A stretch of 63,528 bases of DNA, counting the filler, from Octopus bimaculoides (taxonomy: Eukaryota), in NCBI RefSeq assembly GCF_001194135.2. It is 5 parts of 5 records of this genome, joined end to end, with 100 filler letters (N's around TTAATTAATTAA, not from the genome) between each part and the next. Parts side by side here need not be neighbours in the genome. Positions count along the whole stretch, not along the records: positions 1 to 14,780 come from NC_068981.1; positions 14,881 to 30,125 come from NC_068982.1; 3 more parts are not named here. One strand, given 5' to 3'. The stretch's first letter is position 1; every line of letters starts with the position of its first letter. The notes below the pieces were generated by a model that worked only from the letters and a program-made list of their open reading frames with translations, was not told the origin of the DNA and did not search any database. The translations under genes were made by a program, and so were the position numbers. Below are positions 12,615 through 25,690 of this stretch, piece after piece.

Positions 12615-12845
12615 GAGCCTGAGGAATCTGCACAAAGTAGATGTAGGAGTTTTTAAATCAAAGCTGGACCTCTTCCTATCGAGAGTCCCAGATGAACCTA
12701 CCTCGCGGCAGGAGGTGCAAATGAGAGTTGCTAAATCAAACTCCATTCTTCACCAAGTGCCACATATTGTAAGAGGCTCCCTGTAATAACAGTGTAGCAA
12801 CACGGTGGTGCATCAGCATGGCCGCAGCTCTAAGCTGAAACTATA
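12615..12845 (+). mobile_element. CR1/L2-like LINE 3' fragment (related copy at ~44040-44180)
   Basis: Translates SLRNLHKVDVGVFKSKLDLFLSRVPDEPTSRQEVQMRVAKSNSILHQ; the second copy reads FLSAVSDEPTARHEVQMRLAESNLLIHQ. Clade assignment is from recall. Confidence 0.6.
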
Positions 12846-13768
12846 TANNNNNNNNNNNNNNNNNNNNNNNNNNNNNNNNNNNNNNNNNNNNNNNNNNNNN
12901 NNNNNNNNNNNNNNNNNNNNNNNNNNNNNNNNNNNNNNNNNNNNNNNNNNNNNNNNNNNNNNNNNNNNNNNNNNNNNNNNNNNNNNNNNNNNNNNNNNNN
13001 NNNNNNNNNNNNNNNNNNNNNNNNNNNNNNNNNNNNNNNNNNNNNNNNNNNNNTATATATATATATATATATATATGTACATATATATATGTATATTCAT
13101 TTAAAATACAGAGATGCCTATAATAGGACATCTAACCCGCTAGAAAGAGCAGTAAAATACTCTATACTACAAGAATAGGGATAATTTCGAAAGGGAATGA
13201 AAAATAAAAACATTTACCAATCTATTTTCCGTACCATGGTTTCAAGCTATTTTAGCAAAATAAAAAAATATATCTTGCTTGGTCAGCTATCTTCAGCGGA
13301 ATATCAAGACAGAACATATAAACACGAGTCATAGGAAACATGACTTATGCTTAGTGCGGTTTACCTTATCGGCAGCAAATACAAAAAATGCCGATTTTCT
13401 TTCATTATTAATAAATCATAGGGCAGCAAAAAAATTTTAGAAATCTTATTTTAGGTAAACCGCACATGCGCGGTAAATTTTGAAAAATATATGTTGGATG
13501 TTATAGTTGCAATTCCATTATCCAAGGAAAGTGTGGTGTAGAAGTGGTAGAAATGCCTCTTGCTCATATATACATATATATAAGGTAAACTTACTTGGAA
13601 ATGGATGCGTGGCGTTTAATCATATAATAATATAAATAAGTTTCTCGCTCAGATGGGGACTGTCTGAGATTCTGCTCAATGGGTCGCCCAGAAGGATCTG
13701 GGATAATACCAACAAATAAAGAATGCAACAACGCGCTACAGCAGTGCATATTCCGTCCCCTTCCCCCT

Positions 13769-13799
<31 letters not shown>

Positions 13800-14323
13800 C
13801 TGACTTGATAATCTAAGAAAAGGTTATAGCTGAGACTATTTTGGATAATATAATAGCAAGTACGAAGTGTACAAAAATAAATCGATGGGATAGTCATGAA
13901 TGGTGCACTTTTAGTCATAGTTCTATTCAGTCGGTCTGACTTACAGATAAACAACATTAGCAAGCCAGCAACAGCTATTGACTTTCATTGGATTGATTTG
14001 AATTGCTAATGTTCAATCTACTGCAGGACGAGAACCTCAGTATGTTCTCTCCACCAAACAAAGTCTGATATGTAGGTTGTTAATTTGAACTTGCGATCAA
14101 ACTGCTTTGATGAGCCTACCCTGTCTCAACATGGCTTGGCGAAGGGGTGCAGTTATTGTCTTTTATACTCCTACCCAGGAGTAGTTAAATCGATTACATA
14201 ACTTCCAGTGCTCAACTGATACTTAATTTATTGAGTTTATTGACTTTAATAATACAGGCAGTAGAGTAACAGCGATCAGGTCGTATATTTATGACGAATG
14301 ACTTTCATATGTAATAATACATA

Positions 14324-14521
14324 CTAGCTGGTCCCGTGTCGTCAAAAATGACAGCTAATTGTAGTATTTTATAAATAAATAAGCTACAAAATAATCACGG
14401 ATACAAACATTCACATACTTCCCTTGTACACGCACACACATCCACAAATATACTCACACAGAGTTGAAACGCTGTTTGATTTTTCTTTTCAGCGTTGAAT
14501 GTTCACCATCCCACTTCCATT

Positions 14522-14559
<38 letters not shown>

Positions 14560-14733
14560 ATACTCATGCAGAGTTGGAAAGCAGTTTGATTTGGGATTTT
14601 TTTCACCGTAGAACTTCCATCATCCCACTACCAAGTTTGCCATCACCCCTTCCTTCCTTGTTCATCTATCATCCCTTCCTTTCTCATTCTTATGTTGTGA
14701 TGGAGAAAGACACGAGAGTATTATTATAGTAGA
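14324..14733 (-). mobile_element. Non-autonomous Helitron (~410 bp)
   Basis: On minus: A|TCTACTATAATA...CAGCTAG|T, i.e. 5' TC, 3' CTAG and A/T target. Small subterminal hairpin GTCA-AAAA-TGAC; internal (CA)n. Confidence 0.65.
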
Positions 14734-14780
14734 TTATTGCAAAACTATAATAAAATCAAAGTGAAATCAAAAGTGGCAGC

Positions 14781-14880
14781 NNNNNNNNNNNNNNNNNNNN
14801 NNNNNNNNNNNNNNNNNNNNNNNNTTAATTAATTAANNNNNNNNNNNNNNNNNNNNNNNNNNNNNNNNNNNNNNNNNNNN
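14781..14880. other. Artificial 100-bp assembly spacer N44-TTAATTAATTAA-N44 (also 30126-30225, 43402-43501, 61120-61219)
   Basis: Four identical constructs with a 12-mer giving stops in all six frames, centred in exactly 44+44 N. Confidence 0.95.
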
Positions 14881-15005
14881 AAGCGCTTAGCTTTTTCTGT
14901 AGGTGTTTCTAGTTCGTCTAATTCTTGAATTTGTTGCAATTGGAATTCACTTAGATATTCCTTTGCCTGTTTTGTTACTGAGTAAGATGCTTTCTTGCTT
15001 TCATA

Positions 15006-15097
<92 letters not shown>

Positions 15098-15098
<1 letters not shown>

Positions 15099-15422
15099 GA
15101 GTGAGAGAGCAGGACACTCCATCAACGTACGCATGGGGCACAAATATACGAAGCCCAATATATCCATCATGACTACCCGTCTGATAAGCGTACACCAGGG
15201 ATATGCATCACAACCATATGTGCACGACACGATGCCCTAATATCAAAATAAACAACGCATTTAATTTGCTGGTGGGGCCAAGTTAGAATTTTCTTCAAGC
15301 CGAGCAGCCATCCTGCTCCAAAGGTCCCTGAATAAGGTTGTTAAGGATGAACGAAACACCTATGTTTCCAAGGATAAATTTTTCAAATCACAAAGAATCC
15401 TCAGTACATGGCTGTTATGCTC
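15098..15422. mobile_element. Second, truncated copy of the same SINE-like repeat with (ATT)n tail at ~14995-15098
   Basis: Visual alignment to 8094-8156/9437-9700 (gagtgagagagca...ggggcccagttagaattttcttca...acatggct). Confidence 0.8.
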
Positions 15423-15423
15423 T

Positions 15424-15510
15424 TGTGGATAATTCAGTAACTATGATACTGTGAATACACCTGTAGACACAGATAAGTTTAGTCTATGATCATATGCTCG
15501 CGTGTGTGTG
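15424..15510 (+). pseudogene. Degenerate duplicate of the 3' end of peroxidase exon A plus start of the following intron
   Basis: 15427-15472 matches 16060-16105 at 39/46 nt. It reads C G * F S N Y D T V N T P V D T versus W G Q F I D H D I T N T P V D T. Donor gtaag is changed to ataag, and the intron-start similarity (tctatgat...tgctcgcgtg) continues. Confidence 0.85.
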
Positions 15511-15679
15511 TAGGGTGTATATACGTATGTACGTATGTATGTTTGTATGTATGTATGTATGTATGTATGTATGTACGTACGTATGTATGTATGTACGTAT
15601 GTATGTATGTATGTATGTATGTATGTATGTATGTATTACTACTACTACTACTACTACTACTACCACTTTGGGCTGTAGG

Positions 15680-15880
15680 TTGGAAGAATCTCTAGAATGC
15701 GGACAAAATGTTTTGCGTTATTTAGTTACCTCCGTATACGTTCTGATGGGAATTTCAGTGATGTTGACTTCACCTTTGATTCTTTTGGAGTCCATAAAAT
15801 AAAGTAACAGTGAAGAAATGGAGTCAATTAAATCGGCTGTGGTCATTTTTATGAATTTGTAACTTTGTACCTAGTTTGTA
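15680..15880 (+). mobile_element. Degenerate SINE copy just upstream of peroxidase exon A
   Basis: Recognisable blocks cggacaaaatg, tacgttctga, cctttgattcttttggagtccataaaataaagta. Confidence 0.55.
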
Positions 15881-15925
15881 AATCATTGTCGTTTTTTTTA
15901 TTATTATTATAGTTTTTACTCTTAG

Positions 15926-16105
15926 GTGTATCATCGCCAAGAACTCTGGGAGTGTTTGGCAATCCCTTACCCAGTGCACGGTTGGTCAGTACTACAATTC
16001 ATGAAGCAGACTCGGAAAATACTCGAAACCCGTTTGTTTCCCATATGGTGATGCAATGGGGACAATTCATTGACCATGATATTACGAATACACCTGTAGA
16101 CACAG
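15926..16105 (+). CDS. Animal heme peroxidase (peroxinectin/chorion-peroxidase-like), internal exon A with distal-His motif
   Basis: cttag|GT...CACAG|gtaag; 180 nt, phase 1/1. Translates (G)VSSPRTLGVFGNPLPSARLVSTTIHEADSENTRNPFVSHMVMQWGQFIDHDITNTPVDT(G); contains LPSAR.VS and MQWGQFIDHD. Confidence 0.95.
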
Positions 16106-16142
16106 GTAAGCATAATCTATGATTATAAGTGCTCGCGTGCAC

Positions 16143-16209
<67 letters not shown>

Positions 16210-18538
16210 CCATACTCCGTAACACACGGCGCTTGGCACGGCTAGTGTGAATGATTCTATAAGAAAGTGCAGAAGTTGGAGCTGCAATGACTTGATAAAA
16301 GAATTATCATTTACTATGCAACATATACTGTAGATTTTTGCTGCTATGTAATCTCAGTCGAGAATGTCTAAGATGGGAAATAGTTTGTGTGAAATTTAAC
16401 TGTTCATTATAGTAGGTCGAGTTACCAGCCAGAAATTCCCTTGTCTCTTAAGCTGTAGATTTATGTATTGGCTTATGTGTCTGTATGAATATAAAGGATA
16501 TTTCGTCAGTTTCAATAAATAAGGATTTCAATGTTTTATCAAAAGAATTACTTCTCTATTGTACTTGAGCATTCTAACGACATTTGTATCCTTAATGTAA
16601 TCTTAAGAAAAAACCAATGTAGCACAGTGTATAACAATGCTGATCCTTAAACTGTAGATCTTGTCCATCTGATATCCTGCCACACAGTTTCCATCATTCT
16701 GGTTTAACTCACAAGTCTTGGATCGATTTAAGGCTATGGTAAACGACTCTTTCCATAGGTGCCACGTAAAAAAAATTGAACTCTTAAACTTGAACCACTT
16801 ACATGGAACGGCGAGTGACGAAAGTGATAGTGAGATATATACTAACCGAAATCAACATCTGGTAGCTATCAGCAGGAGTTAATAGATTTGGAAGAAATCT
16901 TAGAAACAGTTAGCTATTTCGTTGTGGGTTCGCACACGAAAATTTTCGGCAATAGTTAATGAAATAGAGGGTTAAATCATTATCAAAGGCTTCACCTTCA
17001 CCAAAATGTACCATATTAAGTCAACCTACTGCCATGTATTGACAGCTGGTTGAAATGACATGCAGAAATTAATCAAAAGAAATGGATCAACGCAGTATCG
17101 AACTTGCATTACAGATTCAGCTTGTCACTTTCATTAAATATATTATTATGACAGAGAATCATCCTACTTTTGTTACAGTTTGTGAGTGCTTCCTCAATAT
17201 TATTATTCCCATTTCAGACTTTGTTTGTTAGTAATTAAATCCTGTATTTTGAAAGAAAACAAAAATAATTCGTTAATTAAGTAATTACGTTTTTAGAATT
17301 AGTTAATAAACTATTGTATGTTATCTAATTAAAAGTTGTTTTACCTAATGATTTTATGAGAATTTTATGAAGCATTAATTTCACATACTGCATTTTTTAA
17401 CACAAATTCCAGACTAAGTTAACAGAAACGGTGGAGCACCGCGCCAGTTCTGTCACTCGAGTACAAATTCTGCTCAGGTGGAATTGTTCTTTTCTTTCGA
17501 AGCCTATAAATAAAAAATATGCCTTGGTTTCTTTTTGACAAAATGCATGATTTTTTAGCTAAGTGTGAGAAGGGGAAAATAGGGAAAGAAGCTTTCATGT
17601 TTTTTAATAAGCAATGCAAGAGAACTTAAATTCGTTTAGCTGAGTAAAACCGAGTTGTTGACTTTATCACCCAGATTACTCCTTATTTTACATCATTTGC
17701 TGCTGCATTTTATCACAGTCACTGATTTTTAATGAAAAATTGATCGACCCTTCAGTATATACTTTGCACTTATTTTATCAAACTTACAAACATGGTGGGA
17801 GAAAATCAACCCGGACTGTAAGTTACATAGAGTTTTTATCCGGTTTATGTACCATGTTAAATTTATTATAAGCATCGTAGATACTCGATCTCAAATGGAA
17901 AATGTTACCTATTCCTTATCAGTGTCTGCCAGTTAGTCATCTGTCGGAGTTCTGTTGCTCTTATTATCAGATTTATCATATCTGACCTCAATTTTACTTT
18001 AATTTTCATTTGTATTTTGGTTTTTTGACAATTCTTTCTACCCAAGTTATAAAATACAGTTTTTTCACTTCCCTTTAAACTATGTTATATACTCACCATT
18101 TTTAATTGCTTTCCTAAGTCCTAGAAGCATTACCATAATGGGTCGAAATTTAGATAGATTAAATTAATACATGCACTTGAATTACTCTTAGACTAAAATA
18201 ACATTTATAGTGTGTATAAAAATAGAACCAGCTGTAATATTTTGCCTCAGAACAAACTTCTCAAAGAAACTTGCGTGTTAAAAAACACAGTGCTTTTATC
18301 AAAACGCCAGTGGATCCCCAGCCACGGTGTTTCAACTTGATTTGGTCGCCTCAGTGACAGGATACTCTGGATGTCCAGAGCTAAGCCAAAAATGTTTGTT
18401 CCGATATAGAAATTCGTAAACAAATCTTTTGCTGATTTGCGAAAAAAACTATTCAGAATAGAATAGAATTAATATTCGCACTCAGTTTATTCACTTTATA
18501 TCTTATTTTAATTTCATTTCACTTTTGTTTCGTTTCAG

Positions 18539-18623
18539 GTTTTCAGCATGCCGACATATCTTGCTGTATTGATGATATTCCTGATGATGTCCGAAAACGT
18601 TTGGAAGTAGATCTTAGAAACAG
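18539..18623 (+). CDS. Heme peroxidase internal exon B
   Basis: tttcag|GT...AACAG|gtaac; 85 nt, phase 1/2. Translates (G)FQHADISCCIDDIPDDVRKRLEVDLRN(R), with the CC motif expected after the DHD exon; phases fit both neighbours. Confidence 0.85.
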
Positions 18624-19028
18624 GTAACACATAAAGTGCATTCGGCATTGGTTAAAACATTCTTTTATGCATCATAGAGAATGAAGTTAGGTAGAATCTG
18701 TGATGCAAGTTTGAATTCTCTTTTATTTTACTTATTCCACAACCAGCGACATCCGGTTGTTATCAATAACTGGAGATGGGCTCCACAAAAATTATTTACT
18801 CTTGACACACCATATAAGGGCGGAGAGAAAAGAGATAACAGGGCAGCAGTAAAGTCGTTGACTTACTGGTTGAAATGCCAGTCCTTCATATCACCTCACA
18901 TAATGTGAACTGTGTCTATAAGACAAGTTGCTTAACTTTTACTAAATCAGTCTACCTCATCGTATATAACAGAGTTGGAAATACTTCGTATGTAAGGAAA
19001 ATATTCACTGCTACTAGTGGGATAAGCG

Positions 19029-19136
<108 letters not shown>

Positions 19137-19902
19137 AAACTTTAGCACAGAACATCCTGTTGTACAACAGACATCTTACGTAGTTCATAGTCAGAAAAAG
19201 CGTCCAAATCCAATAGTAAGCCGGGAGGAGATTGATGGACTCTAATCTGGGATTGACCATTCCTAACTCTGATACCCTGGCATTAGTTTTATTATGGCAC
19301 AGTTAAAAAAGAAATACCAAACACGCATACCATTTTCTGCAAGAGCTCTGAGAATGGTGGAGGAAGGGAGGAAGTTATTCAAACACCGAAAGTCTGGCTA
19401 TAAGTGCTTGCTAAAGTCACCCGAGATATACATCGCCGAATATGCCTCAACATCCTGAGGGAAAAAAATTGCATGTCACGTTCCTGATAGCACGGGGTTC
19501 AATCGATATGCTGTTTTTGTTTCTTCTTTATTTTTATCTTACTTGGTCTTCTACCAGCTACCATACAAAGTTGTTTCTTTTTTTTCACTAGAGTACAGTA
19601 TGATCATGTGATATTTCGGCAGATTTGGTCCCGCGCTCTATTGAATCCATCACTCATCACCATTAAAAAAAATAATGTCAGTGACTTGATTTGAATCACG
19701 TATTTATTGTTTGCCAGGCGATCACTCTAGCGAAGATACATACAGCGAAGTGGTTTTCATTAACTCTATAAGAAATGCATTTGCTTTTTTGTTTCGTTTT
19801 ATTTTTTAGTTATAATTCATCCATGATTTTAATTTCTGTGATTTGTTTTCAAATATGATTTCTATTTTTAGCTATTGCTTGTTTTATTTTTTCTTCATCT
19901 AG

Positions 19903-20009
19903 AGAATCGTGTTTTCCTATTCCAATTCCATCAAATGACAGGCATTTCAAGAAAACTTGTTTAAATTTTGTCCGTTCTATGCAATCACCAAATTCTAAAT
20001 GTAATTTCG
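19903..20009 (+). CDS. Heme peroxidase internal exon C
   Basis: catctag|A...TTCG|gtaag; 107 nt, phase 2/1. Translates (R)ESCFPIPIPSNDRHFKKTCLNFVRSMQSPNSKCNF(G), the CFPI.IP..D...C..F.RS motif. Confidence 0.95.
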
Positions 20010-20383
20010 GTAAGCACGCGATTATTACTTTAAATATGTGAAATGCAACGTGTATTTCTCCGAATGTGTATGTGAAACACATAAAGCAATTCCAAAGAGC
20101 ATAATTCTTTTATCAATTTTGAATGGGTAATTTTTTTGTATAGTAAAGTTAATTTAAATAACATCATTCGTTTAAAAACCTAATACAAATCATATTATAT
20201 TCAATATTTGCAATATAAATTCAATATTTTATCTTACAATGATCAAAGAAAAGGAGATTCAGAGAAAAATCAGGAAAAAATCGACATTTTATAACTATTC
20301 CGCATGATTAAAATAGCTTTCATTTTGAACAGTTACTTACTGAAATACTTCGTTTGGTATTCGTTTTATGCAATTTGTTTTAG

Positions 20384-20485
20384 GTTTTCGAGAACAGGTG
20401 AACCAGATTTCGGCTTATATTGACGGAGGAGCCGTTTATGCTTCCACTAAAGAAGACCAGAATGAGCTGCGAACGAGGTCTCAAG
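20384..20485 (+). CDS. Heme peroxidase internal exon D (Ca2+-binding loop region)
   Basis: tttag|GT...CAAG|gtaat; 102 nt, phase 1/1. Translates (G)FREQVNQISAYIDGGAVYASTKEDQNELRTRSQ(G), matching the REQ.NQ.T.YID.S.VYGS motif with variations. Confidence 0.95.
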
Positions 20486-20834
20486 GTAATTAATTACTAT
20501 AAACATAATTATTTTAAAAGTAATTGTTTTAAAACTGTGGGTGTTTCTTTTTTTATTAGTCGGTCAGAAATTACTTAGTATGAACAATTTACAAACTGAA
20601 TATTTACAGCGAGAAAGAGACAGAGAGGGGAAAAAAGAACGGGAAAAAGAGAAACAAAGACAGACAGATAGGTAGACAGACAACCAAAAAGGCTAACAAT
20701 TCGAAGACGATTGAATAAACTGCTTAACTGGAACGAATATGTATAAGATATATGCAATTATATTCATGGTTTATACTATTTTTTTTTTACTATTTTACTT
20801 GTTTCAGTCTTTTGACTGTGGCCATGCTGGAGCA

Positions 20835-20880
<46 letters not shown>

Positions 20881-22787
20881 CATAGAAAACATGTGGTCTA
20901 TTTCTAGCATATTAAATGTCCACTTTACTGGTCAACTTTATATATCTCGGTCTCAAGTTGCCGGACAACGGTAGCGTAGAATTGCTAATTAAAAAAATGT
21001 AAACAAAATTATTTAAAGTGTATCTATACGACTAAGTTTCAGTAACTTATAAGGCGGGGTAAGCGATCACTGATGATTTTTTATTGAAAGAATAAACTAG
21101 CCACTTCCACTCCACTTACATTCTAAGCAGTTAAAATCTGGGTTATTTATCTCCGAAGTCTCTTTTAATAATGAAACGTTATATACATTTGTACAGACCT
21201 ATTTATTGTGTGACAGACTTTATCTGTTGTATGGTTTAACACCACAACGAGCACCTTCAGGGTCTTTAGCGGAATTTTTTCTGGTTCAAGCGCTGGGTCA
21301 GGTGTCTACGTTGAAGGTATCTTCCTCTCTTCCATCGGTTTCGGAGGCCTTGTAAAGGAGTATAGACACTGTCTTTCTTTCCTGATATGTTTTTACTTAT
21401 GACCTACGCTATATTGCAACTCTAGTTATTCAAAAAATTCATTGGAAGAGGGGAAATAATAGTAGCAAATCAATTTCGACCGAAATGTGGAAGAAAACTA
21501 ATTCCAAGCAGCAGAAACCATTACTCTTACATGGGAAACAATAAAATACGCCAGGCAAACTATGAATACATGGTTCAAGGAAAGTTAGTGAGGCTGATCT
21601 TTAAATGAGGATGAGGGGAGTATCTAAATCAGAGCAGCGTGGGACCAAATGCATTTAGATATTATCTAGTTACGCTGCGATATAAGCAAAGCAGATAACT
21701 TCATGTGTTTCAATGGATGGATTGAGAGTGATGGTGGAAGAAGTCAATGAGATGAATGACCCTTTTATAGCTATCAGCCCTTCAAAAATAGCATGCATGT
21801 TTGTGTGTATTTGTTCATTTATGGAAAATGATAAAGAGAAAATTGAAAATAACATTCCGGTTAATTTTATCTGCGTACAAAGATCCGATAATTTCAGAGG
21901 AATACGGAAATTGGAAGCTGTGACGTTTATCTATTTTCCAAGAATATCTAAGAGAAGTGAATTAACTTCAACAAGAAACGTGACATGTTATCAGCTTACT
22001 GAGAGCTTATCTCTTACTCTATGGAACTGGACAAAACATAGTAAATAATATATTGATTTCTTTCATATAGGGCAAAGAAATAGTAAGCGGGGATGTATAT
22101 GAGTCTCTCAAAAGGTATTAACTGATGTAAATGAAAAGAAATTGATTCGATGGCGGTTGCTACAACACTGGCAAAACGGGTTTCTTATTCGCTGGGCAAA
22201 ACAGGTACTTTTTCAAATAGTGAAATAGGGAGCGGTAATGCTTTTGCAGTTATTTAGCTTCAGGCAAACCTCACGATCAAATACATTCCAGCTGTGACCA
22301 CCCCGCCTTTTTTGCATATCAGGGACTACAGTTTCCCTTCTACTTGTAAAACCGTAGTTGTCCCAAAGATATCGGCTTAATGAGACACAGTCTGAATCAT
22401 ATCGCGAAGGCGATTCACCAAATGCTTACCTCTTGCAATTCGGCAATTCCGGTAAATTAAATCTTGAATTATAATTTGAAGAATACGATAAGAACTTATA
22501 AGATAGTTTGAATATTTTGATTGGTAGTGGTGGTGTACATTTTAATGTTGCAGAGTGTTCTTGACAAACAAAATTCCACTTTAATTTTGAGTCTCCAATA
22601 CTACCACTTCATTTATGGTCGTTAATCGACGTTGAGAACAGTACAAGTACAATTTCTCATTCATCTTCCCTAAAAAACAAAAAAAGAAAGAAATTCCTAT
22701 ATGCGTGAGAATACACTTATGCAAAGGATGGTGGTAACGGCGTGTCTGTGTGTGTGCCATTAAGTTCGTGAACGTGCACATGTCTAG

Positions 22788-22871
<84 letters not shown>

Positions 22872-23903
22872 ATACCTAGATGGTGAAAGAGTGAGAATGG
22901 TGAACAAAAAACATGTGAACATGGAAAAGAGGTATGTAGGAATATTTCGAAGTTGTCTTTCTTATCTCTTTGTGGGTTTTTCTTTTTTGTATATTTTGTT
23001 ACCACTTCGTAAATATACGTATGTATGTATGTATGTATGTATGTATGTATGTATGTATGTATGTATGTATGTATGTATGTATAAGTGAGAGAGAAATACT
23101 GTAATTTTCGAAAATAATTCCTAGCAACACATAGCCAAAACGAAAAATAACAATTTTCAGAATAAATTCTCAAGTTATTTTAATCAATTTAGTAAAATCG
23201 AGCAAGTAGTATACGTAATTTTATGAGTTGGGGGACCATAAAAAATGTTTATTATGCTTAAAACAATCGCTAAAAAGATGCAGTTAGAAACTATTTCGTT
23301 ATAAAAGCTTTTTAAGAGGTTTTATGTGTTTTTCCTCAATAACCACTGAACTGTAATAGTTTACAGTTTTAATTCTCAAATGCTCTAGCATATGAGGTCA
23401 AATGAGTTAGCAGGAAAACTAAAACACCGTAATCATTCATATACCTTTACATGCTGAGATCGGTTTTTTTTCTTTTTTTTTTTACCTTTCTATTTTCTAA
23501 TGGAGAAGTTGGTAAAATATGAAGGGGGCTAAAAAGTTCTTGGCTTTGCATAAGAGAACATACAAGAAGTTCAGTTAGTTATAGTTTTATTCAGCATATT
23601 CCCCTATAAGATTCACACGCTTATCGCAGAAGTCCTTCAGTTTTTCTAAACTCTGTAAAAGAACTCGGAAGATTGGGCCTCCAGCCAGGTCTTTCACGAC
23701 ACCCTTAAAGCCAGGAACTTTTCAGCAACCCCTCGTAAATACTAGGTAAGTAATGCAGTTGAATGAGGATTTACTTACGATATGTATTCTACTTACATTT
23801 ACTAGCATCCGATTGTTGAACATTTAACCAAGTTCTTTTAATACTGAGTACTTTATTGTTGATATCTGCCTGGATGATATTTTAATCCCATTTTTTCTTC
23901 TAA

Positions 23904-23953
<50 letters not shown>

Positions 23954-24448
23954 NNNNNNNNNNNNNNNNNNNNNNNNNNNNNNNNNNNNNNNNNNNNNNN
24001 NNNNNNNNNNNNNNNNNNNNNNNNNNNNNNNNNNNNNNNNNNNNNNNNNNNNNNNNNNNNNNNNNNNNNNNNNNNNNNNNNNNNNNNNNNNNNNNNNNNN
24101 NNNNNNNNNNNNNNNNNNNNNNNNNNNNNNNNNNNNNNNNNNNNNNNNNNNNNNNNNNNNNNNNNNNNNNNNNNNNNNNNNNNNNNNNNNNNNNNNNNNN
24201 NNNNNNNNNNNNNNNNNNNNNNNNNNNNNNNNNNNNNNNNNNNNNNNNNNNNNNNNNNNNNNNNNNNNNNNNNNNNNNNNNNNNNNNNNNNNNNNNNNNN
24301 NNNNNNNNNNNNNNNNNNNNNNNNNNNNNNNNNNNNNNNNNNNNNNNNNNNNNNNNNNNNNNNNNNNNNNNNNNNNNNACGGGCTTCTTCCCAATTCCTT
24401 CTACCAAATCCACTCACAAGGCTTTGGTCGGCCCGAGGTTATAGTAGA

Positions 24449-24487
<39 letters not shown>

Positions 24488-24599
24488 CTGAAGGATTAAA
24501 ATTAATCAAAGGATATACTAAGTATGTCTACCTACTAGAAATAGCAGTCAAAACTCTTATTTAAATTGCCAAAATACACTGATGTCACAGAAGTCAACC

Positions 24600-25690
24600 G
24601 AAAGCAAAACAGCCTAAGACAATCTTCCAACGTACATTCAAGTATATGGACTCATGCAGACCGGTTTCTGCACTGGCAAAAATAGCCTCAGCTTCCTCAG
24701 CACGCGTTCCCTTGATAGAGACTCCCAACCCGTTGTGTTGAAGTCTGCGCTGCAACTGATTCGTTTTGCGCCAAAATCATGGCAGCCACCAGTGTGAAAA
24801 TAATCTCGATACGGAGCAAACAATTCGCGAGAAAAAGTAATTCACGAAAAATTAATTTGCGAAGATATCGTTATCTCTGATAACAATTTCAAAAATGATA
24901 ATAACAGAATCAATACCAAGCAACGAGCAAAGATTCCATAATGCTATAGAAAGCATCACTCTTGATCCAAACAGTCTTAGGGTAGATTTCAAAACAAAAG
25001 TATTTGAAGCAGCAAGTTCTTCAGCGGGATTTAAATCGCGTAAGTCTAGTGACTGGTTTTCAAATAAAATTACCAGAAATTCATGATCTGCTTTTATAAA
25101 AACAAAATTAATGCAACACACTTCTTCCTCAGTCCTTGAACCCCAACTCAAACGAAGCTTACAGAAAGCTGAAAGGAAACGTGCAGACTGTTCTAAGGAA
25201 AATTTAACAGGAATGAGGGAATGACAAGGCAAAGGGGAGCAAGAAGTAGCTGATAGAAATGATGCCAATGATTTGTACTCTTATGTTAAGGGGGTGTATT
25301 GCCCAAAATCTTCTTCAATTACGCCACTGAGGACAGGAAATGGACATTTGCTTTTGACTGACACTGCTTCTTTTCATAAGCGCTGGGTAGAACAGTTTTC
25401 TGCACTTTTGAATAGAGCATCATCTGTTGACGTGAGAATGATAGAAAAAAGTCGAACACCTTCCAGTTGTAGAGGAGATGGCATTTCAACCAACTCTGAA
25501 TGACATTTATTATTTAGCTGTGAATAATCTGAATAACTATAAGTTACCAGGATCTGATGGAATCTGTGAGAGGTCTTGAAATATGGGGGTGACAAAATGT
25601 TTGAACTCTTAGATATATTAATTTGTCACTGTTGGAGAACTGAGGAAGTCCCTCAAGACTGCGTTGATGCCATTTTAGTCTTCTTATCCA
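24600..25690 (+). mobile_element. Decayed RTE-clade LINE fragment (endonuclease C-term to start of RT)
   Basis: Broken frames: AGFKSRKSSDWF, DLYSYVKGVYCPKSSSITPLRTGNGHLLLTD...RWVEQFSALLNR, LKYGGDKM...CWRTEEVPQD. Confidence 0.75.
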
